A DNA stretch of 63,070 bases, counting the filler, from Collodictyon triciliatum (Eukaryota): the NCBI GenBank assembly GCA_043381765.1. It is 18 parts of 18 records of this genome, joined end to end, with 100 filler letters (N's around TTAATTAATTAA, not from the genome) between each part and the next. Parts side by side here need not be neighbours in the genome. Positions count along the whole stretch, not along the records: positions 50,007 to 53,235 come from JBHJMP010007611.1; positions 53,336 to 59,743 come from JBHJMP010007612.1; positions 59,844 to 63,070 come from JBHJMP010007613.1; 15 more parts are not named here. One strand, given 5' to 3'. Position 1 is the first letter of the stretch, and each line of letters opens with the position of its first letter. Positions 50,187 to 62,615 of the stretch are shown one piece after another. The notes beneath the pieces are model-generated. The model saw only the letters and a list, made by a program, of their open reading frames with translations, was not told the DNA's origin and made no database searches. Made by a program: the position numbers and the translations under genes.

Positions 50187-52992
50187 CTCTTGGGGAATAT
50201 ATGGCTTCTCCTATGGACAGAATCAAGACAAAGCCGATGGATGTCCAATAATACGCTCCGATGCACAGAACAAAGATAGAACCGCCTGTGAATGTAATAT
50301 TTGTAGTTATATTTATGTGACCAAAATTCAATCAGGAAGGTGTAGAGTGTGAATTGCGATAACTATCCCGGAAGATAACAAGTACGCAATGTGTGCCACA
50401 AACCAGCCAAGAAACTCCCATTGATAATCATGGACATATGAGGAACATGTGCAGTGTAGGCAGCAACCAAAGGTACAGAGAATATGATAAAGAGCTATTG
50501 ATGATAATAAATAAGTGAAGAGCATACGAAGCCAAAGTTGTCTGCACAAATAAGCTGTTTGATAAGGATAAGAAAATACAGGATTGATTGAGAAGATAGT
50601 GCCATAGAGAGCATTTTCGCCTAGCAATTATTTTTTTTTTTCGATTAAAGAGGTTTTTTTAGATGAGCATCTCCAATTTTTTTTTTAAAAAAACATCATA
50701 AAAAGAGAAACTGAATTCCTGATCGAAACAATGAATAAATAAAGAAAAAAAAGAACCCATTTCTCGCGTAAGATATTTGGGAAACGTCCCATCAAGGTGG
50801 CGAAAGACCATCCTGGTATTTGAAATAAAAATATGAGCTTGAAAAACATCCAAACTAATGTATTTTGTGGAGCAGTATTAAAAAAATAAAATAAAAGAGT
50901 ACCTAAATGTACGTATAAATGCTCAGGACGAAATACAATACCTGACCCCCGTAAGTAGCAAGCTCACGACGAACAACTTCCAGAATCTATTGTTAGTGAG
51001 AGCTTCCCGAAATATTGAAGTCACGCTGCGCTTTCGATGTGATTGTCTGAGGCAATTGAAAAACAATCGAAATCCATTAAATATTGTCTCATGTAGATAA
51101 GTTTTGAACCACTCTAGAATGATATCGAAAAAACTAAGCAACTGGCCATACAAACCAACAGAAAGAAAGGAAGAGAAAAGACATGTGTATATAAATACTT
51201 TATTTAAAAAAGGAGTAAAATGAAGAAAAGACAGGGATGACGAATACCCAGATATTACTTATGTTCTCCTGATAGCCTGGCATCATTCTCGTTGTAAAGC
51301 AAGGAAACAACAATCATTAAAATAGTTGCAACGGCACCAGAAAAGAGAATTATTCGAATGGATGTCAGATGGTATCCGAAAATTTTAACACCATCCTAAG
51401 TTCGACAAATCGAGAATATATTTATCATATCTAAGAAGTAGTCTTATTCGCCACTAATCTTGATTATATCGTTACAATGCTGGTACTGTATACTTAATGT
51501 AAATATATGTGATTTTAGGTATATCATTTGGAGTGATTATATATTCATATATGGAATTGCAGATAGGTACCACGAAGGCATATCGAACTGTGTCAGTTGT
51601 AGGGCCACAAGCAAGCGCAGCAACCTTTCATTATTTTAATTATATTTGGGATTAATTTCAAGAAGAAAAAAAGTTATAGAGGACAATAAAATTACGTTCA
51701 TGATCGAATAGAATAGGGCAAAAGCACACGTCTGGGTTTGGTCTGTCGTTGCTCTTTTTATACCTACGGTCAAGACTGTGGCATGCAGCGATATATAATT
51801 AAGTATATACATTTATTTATGAATGTAATAACATATTAAGATTGTATTTCTTCAGTTCAACAGCACCGAATCGAGTAGGTGGCTAGATACTCTTGAACTA
51901 TTTTAAATACGCATACTGTATTTAATGGTTAATTGTATCTATTGATCAGTCAAAAAATACCTGGGCTTCCTAGTGCAATACCAAATGGAAGGATAAAGAA
52001 CAAAACTACGAGTAGCGATGTCTTATCGTTGGCAAATGTCAATCCTATTCTTCCCAGAAGACATACAAATGAACCAACAAGCATGGTTCTGTCGTGCAAA
52101 ACTCAAAGTTAAGAGCAAGCTTTCTGAAAACAAATCGGAATTACACAAAGAAACAAAGAAACAAAGAAACAAAGAAACAAAGAAACAAAGAAACAAAATA
52201 ACAAAGAAACAAAAACAAGCACAAAAAACAAGAAATAATGAGTCGGATGGTGCATGAATACGAGATCCATGATGGCATTGCCGATTATGATGAAATAAAA
52301 GCAATCTTTGAAATAATGAGATCGTATACTATCATCATTTATTTCTGCATTTACATTTTCACGCCATATTTATCGATGAAAACTCCAGATGCAAATCCAT
52401 AGACTGAGACAAGAACTCCATAAAGGCCATATATCCATCCTGTTAAAAAATACAAGGATTACAAGAATTTTTAATCATTAATGCGCTACTTATAAGTTAA
52501 GATTATACTAAAAAAATGGCCGAGAAACAAATGACTGCGCTATAATTATTATTATTTGGCCTTGAAAAACCCACCTGCTTGAGCGTCTGTATAGCCAAAC
52601 TCCTCAGAAAGAAACAAAGTGAGGCTCAGACTACTACTAAAGTAAGCATAGCTGTCGAGAAACATGACACCGTACCTAGTGAAAAATATAGGATAACTTT
52701 CACAATCAGGATTACAAGGATTTCAATTGGCTTCTCTTTTATATGTTTCAGACATGAAGCTACAAGTTGGGTAGTTTTTGAGGATATAAACGAGCCGCAA
52801 GAGGAGAAAAACAATCAATATATTCATTTGTTGAGTTGCATGTGCGTAAGGTGGCATATCTATACACATGATATGGTTAGAAAAAAAGAAAAAAATTACA
52901 TACAATAGCCAGAGTTCCTTTGGGCATTCTTTCAGAGGAGCATACTTTGAGTGAACCTGCTTGTAAACTTCACGAAACTTGCCGAGGACCAT
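50187..52992 (-). CDS. MFS transporter (POT/PTR-like), multi-exon, 3' partial
   Basis: CPKELWLL; GWIYGLYGVLVSVYGFASGVFIDKYG; LPFGIALGSP|VLTVGIKR..AFALFYSIMN; MVFRHLDGTFPKY; YGTIFSINP; SIGEAIYSPR. Confidence 0.8.
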
Positions 52993-55390
52993 GTCGTTGT
53001 TCTTGGACTTTCGCTTGACCCGCGCTATTTTTCACCCACTTCTTCTAAAAGGATATCTGAAACAAGTGGGAAGTGAAGAATGTATGTTGCCATTGTGCGA
53101 GTAACATATATCACGGCAGCCAGAAGAGATGGCAACAAAAAAGAAAAAAAGAAAAAAAGAAAAAAAGAAAAAAAGAAAAAAAGAAAAAAAGAAAAAAAGA
53201 AAAAAAGAAAAAAAGAAAAAAAGAAAAAAAGAAAANNNNNNNNNNNNNNNNNNNNNNNNNNNNNNNNNNNNNNNNNNNNTTAATTAATTAANNNNNNNNN
53301 NNNNNNNNNNNNNNNNNNNNNNNNNNNNNNNNNNNTTTCTTTTTTCTTTTTTCTTTTTTCTTTTTTCTTTTTTCTTTTTTCTTTTTTCTTTTTTCTTTTT
53401 TCTTTTTTTGTTATTTCATTTTTCAAAGTATGATCGCTCTGTGGCGCCTCGTGTGCTGGCTCGGCAACAGAGGAATCGCCACTTGCGCATCGTCTGACAC
53501 GTGTGCACAGCAACCCCCCAACAAACAGGAGAACCAAATTGTTGCGAGGTTATTCAGAGGTTTTCCTCAGCCGTATACGCTCGTTTCCTATAATTGATTG
53601 ATGATTGTCCCGCGCGACACTTTCTGTTCGAGCAATGACTGCAGAGAGGCTTGCGTGGGGCTTTGTATATGGTTGGCTTCGATTCGTATATTATGTGCCC
53701 ATGATCATGTGATATTCTGAGCAACCCACAGGAAACCCACGACAGAAGTGGAGAAAAGCTGTGGGAAAAATATGGATGCCCCCTCAATGGTACGGTATGC
53801 GGCCACCTCCTGCCGCGACAACGTATGAAGTTGGGAATTACCAGCCGGTAAGTGCCTGGTGTTGCCGACTACAACACACAGCAATGCACATGGGTGGCCC
53901 TCGAGCGGTGTTGAGCGCTTCGTGGTTTTACTTGGCGCTGGCCGCTTATCTGGGAGCTATGAACCTACTTCACCAAGGGCCCTTTGCACACAACTTGCAG
54001 GAAGGGCTGCTGGCCCAAGGTTCTCATTAACTAGGTCTAAGTGGAATTGGCGCTAATAAACAAGAGCGGAGGTCTCGCAGACTAGGGGCCATAATCCTGT
54101 GGATATGAGGGCTTCTGGTTACTCGCGCGGCCCATGAGACTGCCAGAGGGGGCGGAAAACTGGGACCATATCAGTAGGGTTTATTTGCATGAAAGAGGAA
54201 TGGCCACAGGACCGGCCCGTGAAGAGATTTCCGTGGGGAAGGAAGGAGCATGCCAGGTATACTGTGAACGTGCAGTCCAGTGTGCGGCGATACCCTGAAG
54301 CGGCAGCCTAAATGTGCAGCGGGGCGGTTGATTAGAGAGGGTAAGGAGATTCACTGTGCAAGTAAGTAGCTTGTGTGGCTCTTTGTTCAGAGTTAAGTTA
54401 AATGTTCGAATCAGCATGTTTTCATAGAGATTCCCACTTAAAATTTCATCATCTAGCCCTGCTAGCGTTGGGCTCGTGGCCATGCGAAAGGGAATGAGTG
54501 ATAATTGGGGCCAAATGCTTACGGGTCAGTCGGGTGCTGTGGCAGTGCGGGTTGGAGCCTCTGGAGACGACGCGGTGGGGCCGGTTTGTTGCAACTTTTC
54601 ATGTACTTGGCTATATTTTGAACAGAATGGCCTCCGAATATATAATGCCAGAAAAATTAACATTCAATGAAATCCTCCTAGTGACCACAGTATGTGGGGC
54701 GCTCAGTGTTACAAAGATTCAAACATTTAAAAATGGCCAGATTCTGTGTGTATGTCCAATATATGTACTATATGGGTATTACTAGTTTATCATATAAAGA
54801 GGATTATATCGGGTAAAAATGAGCTTTGTTCAATTATGTCATAAATTCCGCATTTAAATGTTTGTGCGCTGTGGGCGTTGCTGGGTTCGGCTGGAAATCT
54901 TCACATCACAGTTTCTTGAATTACTTCTTGAAACCACATGCATCGCTCACTACGCTGTCGCCAGGGCCAAGAAAATCTAGGAAGGTGCTGCAAGATATCT
55001 CCCAATACATATCCAAGCCTCTTTATTCACATAGCCAAGCAACCAGTTGGGTTGCTCGCTGAACCTTATCGCTATCATTGGCTTCATTTCAGTGATTTCA
55101 TCTTGCTATTCAATGACCCCTGGGTCTTTACTCAACCACGCGCACTTTACTCGCACTTTGTAAGCTGAACTCTCTTTCACTGTGAAATAAATAAAAATCA
55201 AATCTTTCGTTCCTGGGTTTGGATGAAGAGGTATTTTTATTGTAAAGGCAATTTTTCCGCGATACCAACCAGCGAGCCATGATATTACTCATAGTTGACT
55301 GGAGTTTCATAACGATTGAGATTTAAAATTAACGGCATCACTTTTGGGGTGCATTGAGAAATAATTCTGTCTTTTTATTTATTTATTTTT

Positions 55391-56460
55391 TTACATACAA
55401 TAGAGTGAAAGCTGTTCGAAGCTATCTTCTGGCACTGGAGGAAGATATGAAATTATATCAAACAAGTACGGATTAATGTCGTAATCGAGATGGGGTTGAG
55501 GCTCGACATCAGCGTGTTTTGTTTTGGAATGGTGGCCTTTAGAAGAGGATTGGGGATGTTTCAACCTGCGGTGGCTTGTGTTTGGATTGTGCGAGATACT
55601 TTGGATTTTTGAATCGTTCACAGGAGGTGTAGGGATGCTTTGGATTTTCACATTATGGACTTTTTGCTTGGCTTCAACAGCATGTGAATCTGCAGTCGAT
55701 CTATGGGTTTGGGGTATTTGTGATACTAACGTAGCATGATTCTTTGGCTCTGTGGTTGTTTGCTGCGCGTCGTGGATGGGACTTTTGGGAGGGAGCATTC
55801 CCAATCGCCCTTTTCTTGAAGGTTTTCGAAAAGTATCCACAACGGACGGTTCTTCATTTTCTGGCAGGGCGAATGTGTGATTCTTCAGCGGACCAGACGC
55901 ATCATGGGATTCTGCTTGTATCATCCGAGGTGTTTTTGATACTATACCAGGACGAATTGAATTATTTGGTGTGGCGCTATCTGCATCGTAAGGCTTTTTA
56001 GGCGGCCTAGTCTCCTCGCAGGTTGAGTTGTTTGGTGCGGCAGGCTTAGTATGGTCCTTCGTGAATTTCAAAGTTGGCTGTCTGGCATGTTATCGCAGAT
56101 GTTACATCAAAGCCATTATTTGGACATTAAGAAAAAAGAGATAGAGGGAGAGAGAAATAGAAATACAACTTTCTGGATTATGGATATTTTTTTTTAAAGA
56201 AGTATTGGGAAAAAAAGAAAGAACAAAAGTATTACATCACACCGGCCATGGGCGAACCAGGTCTTCGAGAAATGGGTGCCTTTGCATGTCTTTTGTCGGG
56301 TGGCGGTTCGGGCACAAAGGTTGATCCGGCAATCCCGCGGGCTTCAGAAAGGGCATTTGCCAGGGAACTGCCACTCTTTCGAAGTGGGATGAAGTCTGAC
56401 ATGAAATCTGCTTGGTGTCGTAGGAGCCACAAAGTTGGATTTCGAGGTGAAGCTTTGTCA
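55391..56460 (-). CDS. Hypothetical low-complexity (Pro/Ser/His-rich) protein exons
   Basis: 226-aa ORF 55391-56071 plus an upstream exon-like segment 56235-56460. No family recognised. Confidence 0.4.
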
Positions 56461-57513
56461 TATAAAAAAAAAAATAAAAACAAAAAATAAAAACAAAAAA
56501 TAAAAACAAAAAATAAAAACAAAAAATAAAAACAAAAAATAAAAAAAAAAAATAAAAAAAAANAAAAAAAAATAAAAACAAAATAAAAACAAAATAAAAA
56601 CAAAATAAAAACAAAATAAAAACAAAAAATAAAACAAAAATAAAACAAAATAAAAACAAAAGATAAAAACAAAAAATAAAAACAAAAACAAAAACAAAAA
56701 ATAAAGACAAAATAGATACAAAAACATAAAAACGCTGGTTTCGTCAGTGTTTACATCTGTCGTTTAGTTTTCACAACTAAGGGATTTCCAATCGTCGTGG
56801 CGAAAATTACCAAACGACAGCCGCTCCCTCTGTTTGCGACCGGAAGTTCCTGGCATCACGTCGAAAGCATCTGGTTTGCCCAAGCAGGTCATAGGTATGA
56901 AAACCTTTACCCAATTTTCCATAAAAGGATTTGAACGACAATGCAAAATTCCACAACAGTAATGAATCTTAAATGGAATAGATGCGCTAGATAAGGGTGC
57001 AGAGCGATTCCTTTCTTGCTTCGGAACATCTTTCTTGCTGTGCGCGTGCTGTCTTTCAAGTTTTCGCAGAGGCATGGAAAAAGTGGCCGAGTTGTGGCCC
57101 ACGCACAGTTTTGTAACCCTTAAAGCCGTTCGTCTCTGTAAGGTTTCGTTCGCTTCCTTTATGAAAAGCAGCTGGGAGCAGGGTGCCCAAGACAGGCCAG
57201 ACCAACTCAAAACAAGTTGATTCTTGGCTATCCGTGGTCTTGATAAGCCAGCAAGTCATCCTTACTTATGACACGCTCCTCTCTTCACACCCCCACCAGT
57301 GCTTCTGATTAGGGCCCGCTTATCAAAGAACATGCGTTAGATCATTCCTTTCGATCTAGATTTTGCTTGAATAATCCATAGAGCGACGCAGGCTATTGAA
57401 ATCGTATAGAGTCCAGCGCATAGATGTCAAATATTCTTTGTACCATTTAGTTCCTCTCAAGCCATACCTTTTTTTTTTGGTCAAAATGAACTCACATTTC
57501 ATTGTGCGGCTAT

Positions 57514-57546
<33 letters not shown>

Positions 57547-57780
57547 CCTGGTTATCCCCTTAGAAAAAGAAAAAAACTAACAAATCATCCTTATTGATTG
57601 TGGACGTACATCATAGTATTTACTGAGCATCGACAAACTTGCTTATCGTGATTGCTATATTCTCCTCTCACCCAAACTGATACATTACAGAAGGCAAGGA
57701 ATATCACTTTCTTGCTGAACACCACCGACAGGAATCAGATATAAGGAAAGAAATACGTAGAGGAAGTTAAGGTGCCATCC

Positions 57781-59238
57781 ATGCAGACGCAATCCCAAGC
57801 AATACTCGCAGATATGTCGGCTAGTGTTGCCAAAGAGGAAAGTTACCAATACAAGAGAAACTCAAGTATCTTACCAGATGATACAAAGCAGACTGTTGAT
57901 ACATTTATGGATCCTTCAATGCTTTACGATGATGAAGATGACATAGAATGCCCTCATCTGTCCCTTATGCAGCCTCTTGTCCCATCAAATCCAGATAATC
58001 TAATGAAATATCCTCAGGAATCAGATTCTGACTCCAGCGATGTTGAAATACTTCCATCAGGACAACCACTTAGAAATATGGATAGAAATGGTTCTGTAGA
58101 GAGAAGAAATATTAGCGATACCAGCCGCCAAAGACTGAAAGCAGGGGAGAGCAAGATTTCCACTATCCGAGGGCTTATGTACATGATATCGGCCAATTTT
58201 TTCTTGAGTATTATGGCGTTGTGCGTTCGAATTACTAAGGACAGTAACCTCACTGCATTTCAACTCGTATTTTCCAGGTCATTGATATCTCTTGCGGCTG
58301 TTGCTGTCTATTCTTGCGCAAGGCAAGAGTCCTTCTGGGGACCGAAACATATCCGTGCCTATATGATTTCGAGAGGTATTTTTGGCTTCTTTGCGGTGGC
58401 GACGTATTACCTATCTATTCGTCAATTGCCTTTATCGGATGCGGTCGTAGTCTCGTAAGATACTATTTGTCTGGGCATACTAGATGTAATTCGATTGTAA
58501 CATAGTGAATTAAGATATTATACCATATTTGTGAGGTGGCCCAATTATACTAAAGAACAACAACAATAATACTATCAATAATAAGAACAAAAATGTTAAC
58601 AATATACCTTCTTTGACAGATTCTTGATTCCCTCCTTTACGGCACTCGGAGCAACATTTGTTTTAAAGGAAAAGTATACAAAGGTCGATGCAATCGCATC
58701 GGCTATTAGCCTTCTGGGGGTGATATTGGTGGCTAGACCCACATTCATATTTGGCGAACAAAGCACAGACGACAAGGACGACTCTCCATCAGAATCCAAT
58801 AGACTTATTGGTGTTGTATATGGTCTATTTTCAGCCTTATTCACAAGCTGTGCCTACATATCCATAAGAAAAGCTGGGAAGGACGCAGGGGTATGGATTC
58901 TAACAGGCTATTTTTCCATATCAGCTATCGTGGGCTCTATACTGTCGGCTCTGGCCTTTAGCGAATCGTGGTCCTTTCCATCGTCCATGAGTGAATGGTG
59001 GGTTGTCGCAGGTGTAGGTATCGCCTCATTGTTTGGACAACTTTTAATCAATGCTGGATTGAAGTGTGAAAAAGCTGGACTTGCCAGCAGCATGAACTAC
59101 ACGCAAGTGATATTTGCCATCTTTTGGGAGCTGACGGTGCTTGGTTACGTCCCTTCCTTGCTATCTATGGCGGGCGCATTCATAATTATATGCTGCGCCT
59201 CTTACAACATATATCAAAAATACACTAAACCTCAGTAA
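57781..59238 (+). CDS. EamA/DMT-family transporter (SLC35G-like), 2 exons
   Basis: FQLVFSRS, SRGIFGFFAV..YYLSIRQLPLSDAVVVS|FLIPSFTALGATFVLKEK, GVILVARPTFIF, YISIRK, GQLLINAGL..EKAG..MNYTQVIFA. Intron ~58456-58619. Confidence 0.88.
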
Positions 59239-59309
59239 ACCAAAAATCTAAAAACCGCTCCCAACCCTTGAATTGAACAAATGAGAAAAAAAACCTCAGT
59301 GAACCAAAA
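59227..59309 (+). mobile_element. Degenerate family B insertion duplicating the EamA stop-codon region
   Basis: AAACCTCAGT(A/G)AACCAAAA at 59227-59245 and 59291-59309; the insert ends CTTGAATTGAACAAATGAG(A)n. Confidence 0.55.
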
Positions 59310-59843
59310 CACCCCCCTTTGTTTATTTGGTTGCTTGTTTTATCGGCTTGACACAAAATAAAAAGGAGGCCATACAAGCGGTGAACAAATGCGCACGCTT
59401 ATGAGAGGGTGTTATGAGCGGCGTTTTCTTAGGATTTCTCCCGACCGCATTAATAATCATCAGCGGCAGTGCGTCTCTCATATTTTGTTGTCAAAATTTG
59501 AGTTTTCGTCTTATCTAATCAAGCACAGATCAGCAAGTACATAATTTATGCAATTTATGTATAATATCCACATTTATCATACCTAAGCACGAGCATCTTC
59601 TTTCCTTTTGTGTAGGGGGAGCACAAGAACGGAACCCCTTGCGGTCACAACTTTACCAAAACACAGCACTATCCCGCAAGGTAACACAGGAAGTCATCCA
59701 AAAAACAAAAAAACAAAAAAACAAAAAAACATAAAAACATAAANNNNNNNNNNNNNNNNNNNNNNNNNNNNNNNNNNNNNNNNNNNNTTAATTAATTAAN
59801 NNNNNNNNNNNNNNNNNNNNNNNNNNNNNNNNNNNNNNNNNNN

Positions 59844-61018
59844 ACCTAAAACAGTTCATCTCAGGGGAACCTGACGACGACGATCAAGATGATAAATTAA
59901 GGATAATAAAGCCAGAACATACCTTATCTCTTATCCAAGAAATCATCAAAGGGAAGGAATTAAAATACAATCTCAGAAGTAAAGAGATTGAATTGCAAGG
60001 GAAAGTATTGAATCTGGATACTTTCAGGATGAAGCTTCAAAAATCCCACGAGATTTTTATCAAAAATCGCGATATTATGATTGAGGCTTTATACTCTGAG
60101 GCTAAGGATAATGAATATGATCCAATAAAGCTTTTTCTTGAGCAATGCTATCGAAATTATGATCCTGAAGTAGATGAGAATTTTAATATTACGGAAGTCA
60201 CTCAGGTACTTTTTGGGGTTAGCGATCCGCTCTATTGCCAGTATTTTTATCGTTGGCTAATTGGATTAATAAAAAGAATCTGGGAGCCGGGCTGTAAATT
60301 TGATGAGGCCTTTGTGTTGCAAGGAGAACCAGACTGTTACAAGTCAACCTTTTTTAAAACATTAGGGGGAGAATACTTCACCGATGCCATGATGTCCACG
60401 GATAAAGATGGCCTCCTAACCATGGCGAAAAATTGGATTATAGAATGGAGTGAATTAGATCATTTTACTGCGAAAACTTATCACGGGATAATCAAATCAT
60501 TCCTTAGCCGATCAGACGATTTTTACCGCGAGCCTTATGCACGAGAGGCAATGTCCCACCCCCGATGCAGCATGATCGTTGGCAGCACCAATCGCGACAC
60601 TTTCTTGAATGATCCGACTGGAAACCGGCGATTCTGGATCATCCCGATCCCGAAAAAGCATAAAATCGCGATTGATTATCTTCAGGCGTACAGAGAAAAG
60701 CTTCTAGGATGGGCTGTCTGGCAGTATTTAGGCGGCGAGAGCTGCGTGCTACCAGCAGAATTCAAGGCACTCCAAGCAGAAGCCAATAAGCAATGGGAGC
60801 AAGATCATTTATGGGAGGATGAACTCGCTGAATTTCTCGATCGCGAAAATGATGTAAGCACTTTGGAATGCCTGACCCGGTTAGAAAAGGAGGGCTATCC
60901 GATCAAATTCGACAGAAATGACGCAATGGCAATGGGCGATATTCTAAGAAAGTTCGGATTTACAAAATATAAAGCACGACGCGGCGAAAAAACGATGAAT
61001 CGCTACAAAAAAGATTAG
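59844..61018 (+). CDS. Rep protein, C-terminal part: VapE/VirE-family P-loop ATPase/helicase
   Basis: YDPIKLFLE, RWLIGLIKRIWEPGCKFD, LQGEPDCYKSTFFKTLGGEYFTD, WIIEWSELD, IKSFLSRSDDFYREPY, IVGSTNRDTFLNDPTGNRRFW; wHTH-like C-terminus. Confidence 0.88.
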
Positions 61019-61070
61019 ATTTTCCTTTCTTTGGGATTAAATGGCTTTTTTTCTAAAGGTCATTTTTTTT

Positions 61071-61384
61071 GTTCCTACCAATGTTCCCACTTTGTTCCCT
61101 CTACAGCCTAGGTAGGAACGGGTGAAACCTATACACAGCAAGGGATACAAAAATGTTCCTACCGTTCCTACCTTGGGGGGCAAACTTTTCTAAATTACAA
61201 AAGAATCATATATGAGTACATATATATTATATATGTACTACTAGAGTGCGTATGTACCAAAGCTATTTTTTACATAATTTAAACTATATAGGTAGGAACG
61301 GTAGGAACAAAATAGAAAAAGTCATATACAGTAAATGATTTGAGTGTTCCTACCTAGTAGGAACGGTGGGAACAAAGTGGGAAC
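61071..61384. repeat. Putative replication origin: 12 GTTCC(T/C)AC-type iterons in mirror symmetry around an AT-rich palindrome
   Basis: Forward copies at 61071, 61083, 61094 (variant), 61155, 61164 and 61346; reverse copies at 61112, 61292, 61301, 61357, 61366 and 61377. Perfect 20-bp IR 61154-61173/61290-61309; central palindrome 61215-61239. Confidence 0.75.
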
Positions 61385-61393
61385 AGTAAAGAC

Positions 61394-61460
61394 AAGACTA
61401 AGCCAAGACTGGGAAGGGGAAATCTGCCCAGACCTCCCTTCCAGTCTTGCTTTTAGTCTT
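61394..61460. terminator. Long hairpin (terminator or structured RNA/DNA element)
   Basis: AAGACTAA-GCCAAGACTGGGAAGGG ... CCCTTCCAGTCTTGC-TTTTAGTCTT, downstream of the minus-strand ORF 61512-61922. Confidence 0.55.
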
Positions 61461-61511
61461 GCTGATACTTTAGGTTAAGGAAAAGTTAAAATAATGATAA
61501 TCATTCTCATT

Positions 61512-61922
61512 TTACTTCCACAGATTCACCCCTCCGGGATAAAGCACCGAATTGATCGCTTTCAGCTCCTCATATCCTGTCAGCCCATGCTTACCTTTCC
61601 CCTTCCGCGCCGGGTGATTTTTTCGCTCAAAAAGGATGTAATTTTCGATTTCCCCCCGGCACTCTTCCCGGGGCGAGATATAGTACAGGTGATTGCACTT
61701 TTTCAAATATAGCCACCGGCGGGCCGCTTCAAGCATATGAAGCGAGTTAAAGCGGGTTAAATGTAAGCGTTTTTCCCATTTTGAAAGTAGCTCCCATTTG
61801 ATCGGATTCCCATCTGATCTATGGCTCGGAGCGCGATAGCAAAGAAGTGAATATTTTGTGCATCGAAATGCTTGGGAAGTAGACCCGTGGCCACTTTCAA
61901 GCCGCTTTCTCTTATTTCGCAT
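61512..61922 (-). CDS. Hypothetical basic plasmid protein (136 aa)
   Basis: ATG-started ORF followed by a hairpin; no family recognised. Confidence 0.5.
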   Translation of the reverse strand: MRNKRKRLESGHGSTSQAFRCTKYSLLCYRAPSHRSDGNPIKWELLSKWEKRLHLTRFNSLHMLEAARRWLYLKKCNHLYYISPREECRGEIENYILFERKNHPARKGKGKHGLTGYEELKAINSVLYPGGVNLWK

Positions 61923-62168
61923 AGATATAAAATGCCTTAATATCAGATTCTATCATATCATTTTTCGCCGAGGGTAACCGATGAGTGGTGTCATAAGTCT
62001 GCACTACCATACAGCCAAATGCCCTTTTTTAAGCAAAATTCTCTTAAGGAAGATTTAAGCTTCTGTACTATGTATGCAATAAAATCAGTACAGTTTATTG
62101 CATCCATGCAATAAAAAACCTCTTGATCTATAATGATCAAAAGGCAATTATTAAGGTATTTTTTAGGC

Positions 62169-62459
62169 TCATGGCCTTAGCAATATTATAGCTTCTCTAA
62201 TCTTTTCCTTGATAGCTCCCCCTGCATTAGGCTTTAATTCTAAGGCTTTTTCTAAGAGAGAGATAGCCTCTAAAAAGCTATCTTTCTCAATTGCAATCGC
62301 TTCACCTTCAATGGCATCTATAGCCCGGGCAAGCTTAAGAATCTCATCCTTTTTGGCAATAGGCAATCGTACCGCCGTAGTCTTGCCGGCATTCCAAGTC
62401 GGCTTAAGTGTTCCTTTATGTATTCCACCTCTAGGCATATTCAACCCCTTATCTATCAA
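62169..62459 (-). CDS. Small cyanobacterial-type putative DNA-binding protein (start probably at MPRGG)
   Basis: KPTWNAGKTTAVRLP..EILKLARAID..LLEKALELKPNAGGAIKEKIREA resembles a small-protein family recalled from cyanobacterial plasmids; divergent from rep. Confidence 0.65.
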   Translation of the reverse strand: MIDKGLNMPRGGIHKGTLKPTWNAGKTTAVRLPIAKKDEILKLARAIDAIEGEAIAIEKDSFLEAISLLEKALELKPNAGGAIKEKIREAIILLRP

Positions 62460-62524
62460 TACTTTTAGTATTGTAACAGGTCTATGAGAGAATGATTATT
62501 TAAAAATATTAATTTTTGTAAAGC

Positions 62525-62554
62525 TTGACTTTCACCTATCAGGTAAAGTATATT
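62525..62554 (+). promoter_or_regulatory. Candidate sigma70 promoter for rep with an overlapping imperfect inverted repeat
   Basis: TTGACT-N18-TATATT; the spacer region contains CTTTCACCT/AGGTAAAG; leader hairpin GGACGACTTCCA/TGGAAGCCGTCC at ~62563-62592. Confidence 0.45.
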
Positions 62555-62615
62555 AAAAGACGAGGACGACTTCCAAGGCATGGAAGCCGTCCCAAAACAA
62601 AATAATCTTAAACTC

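Noticed and set aside
61071-61384. Repeats considered as a CRISPR array
   Set aside because: Units are 8 bp, occur in both orientations with irregular spacing, and no cas genes are present; iterons fit better.
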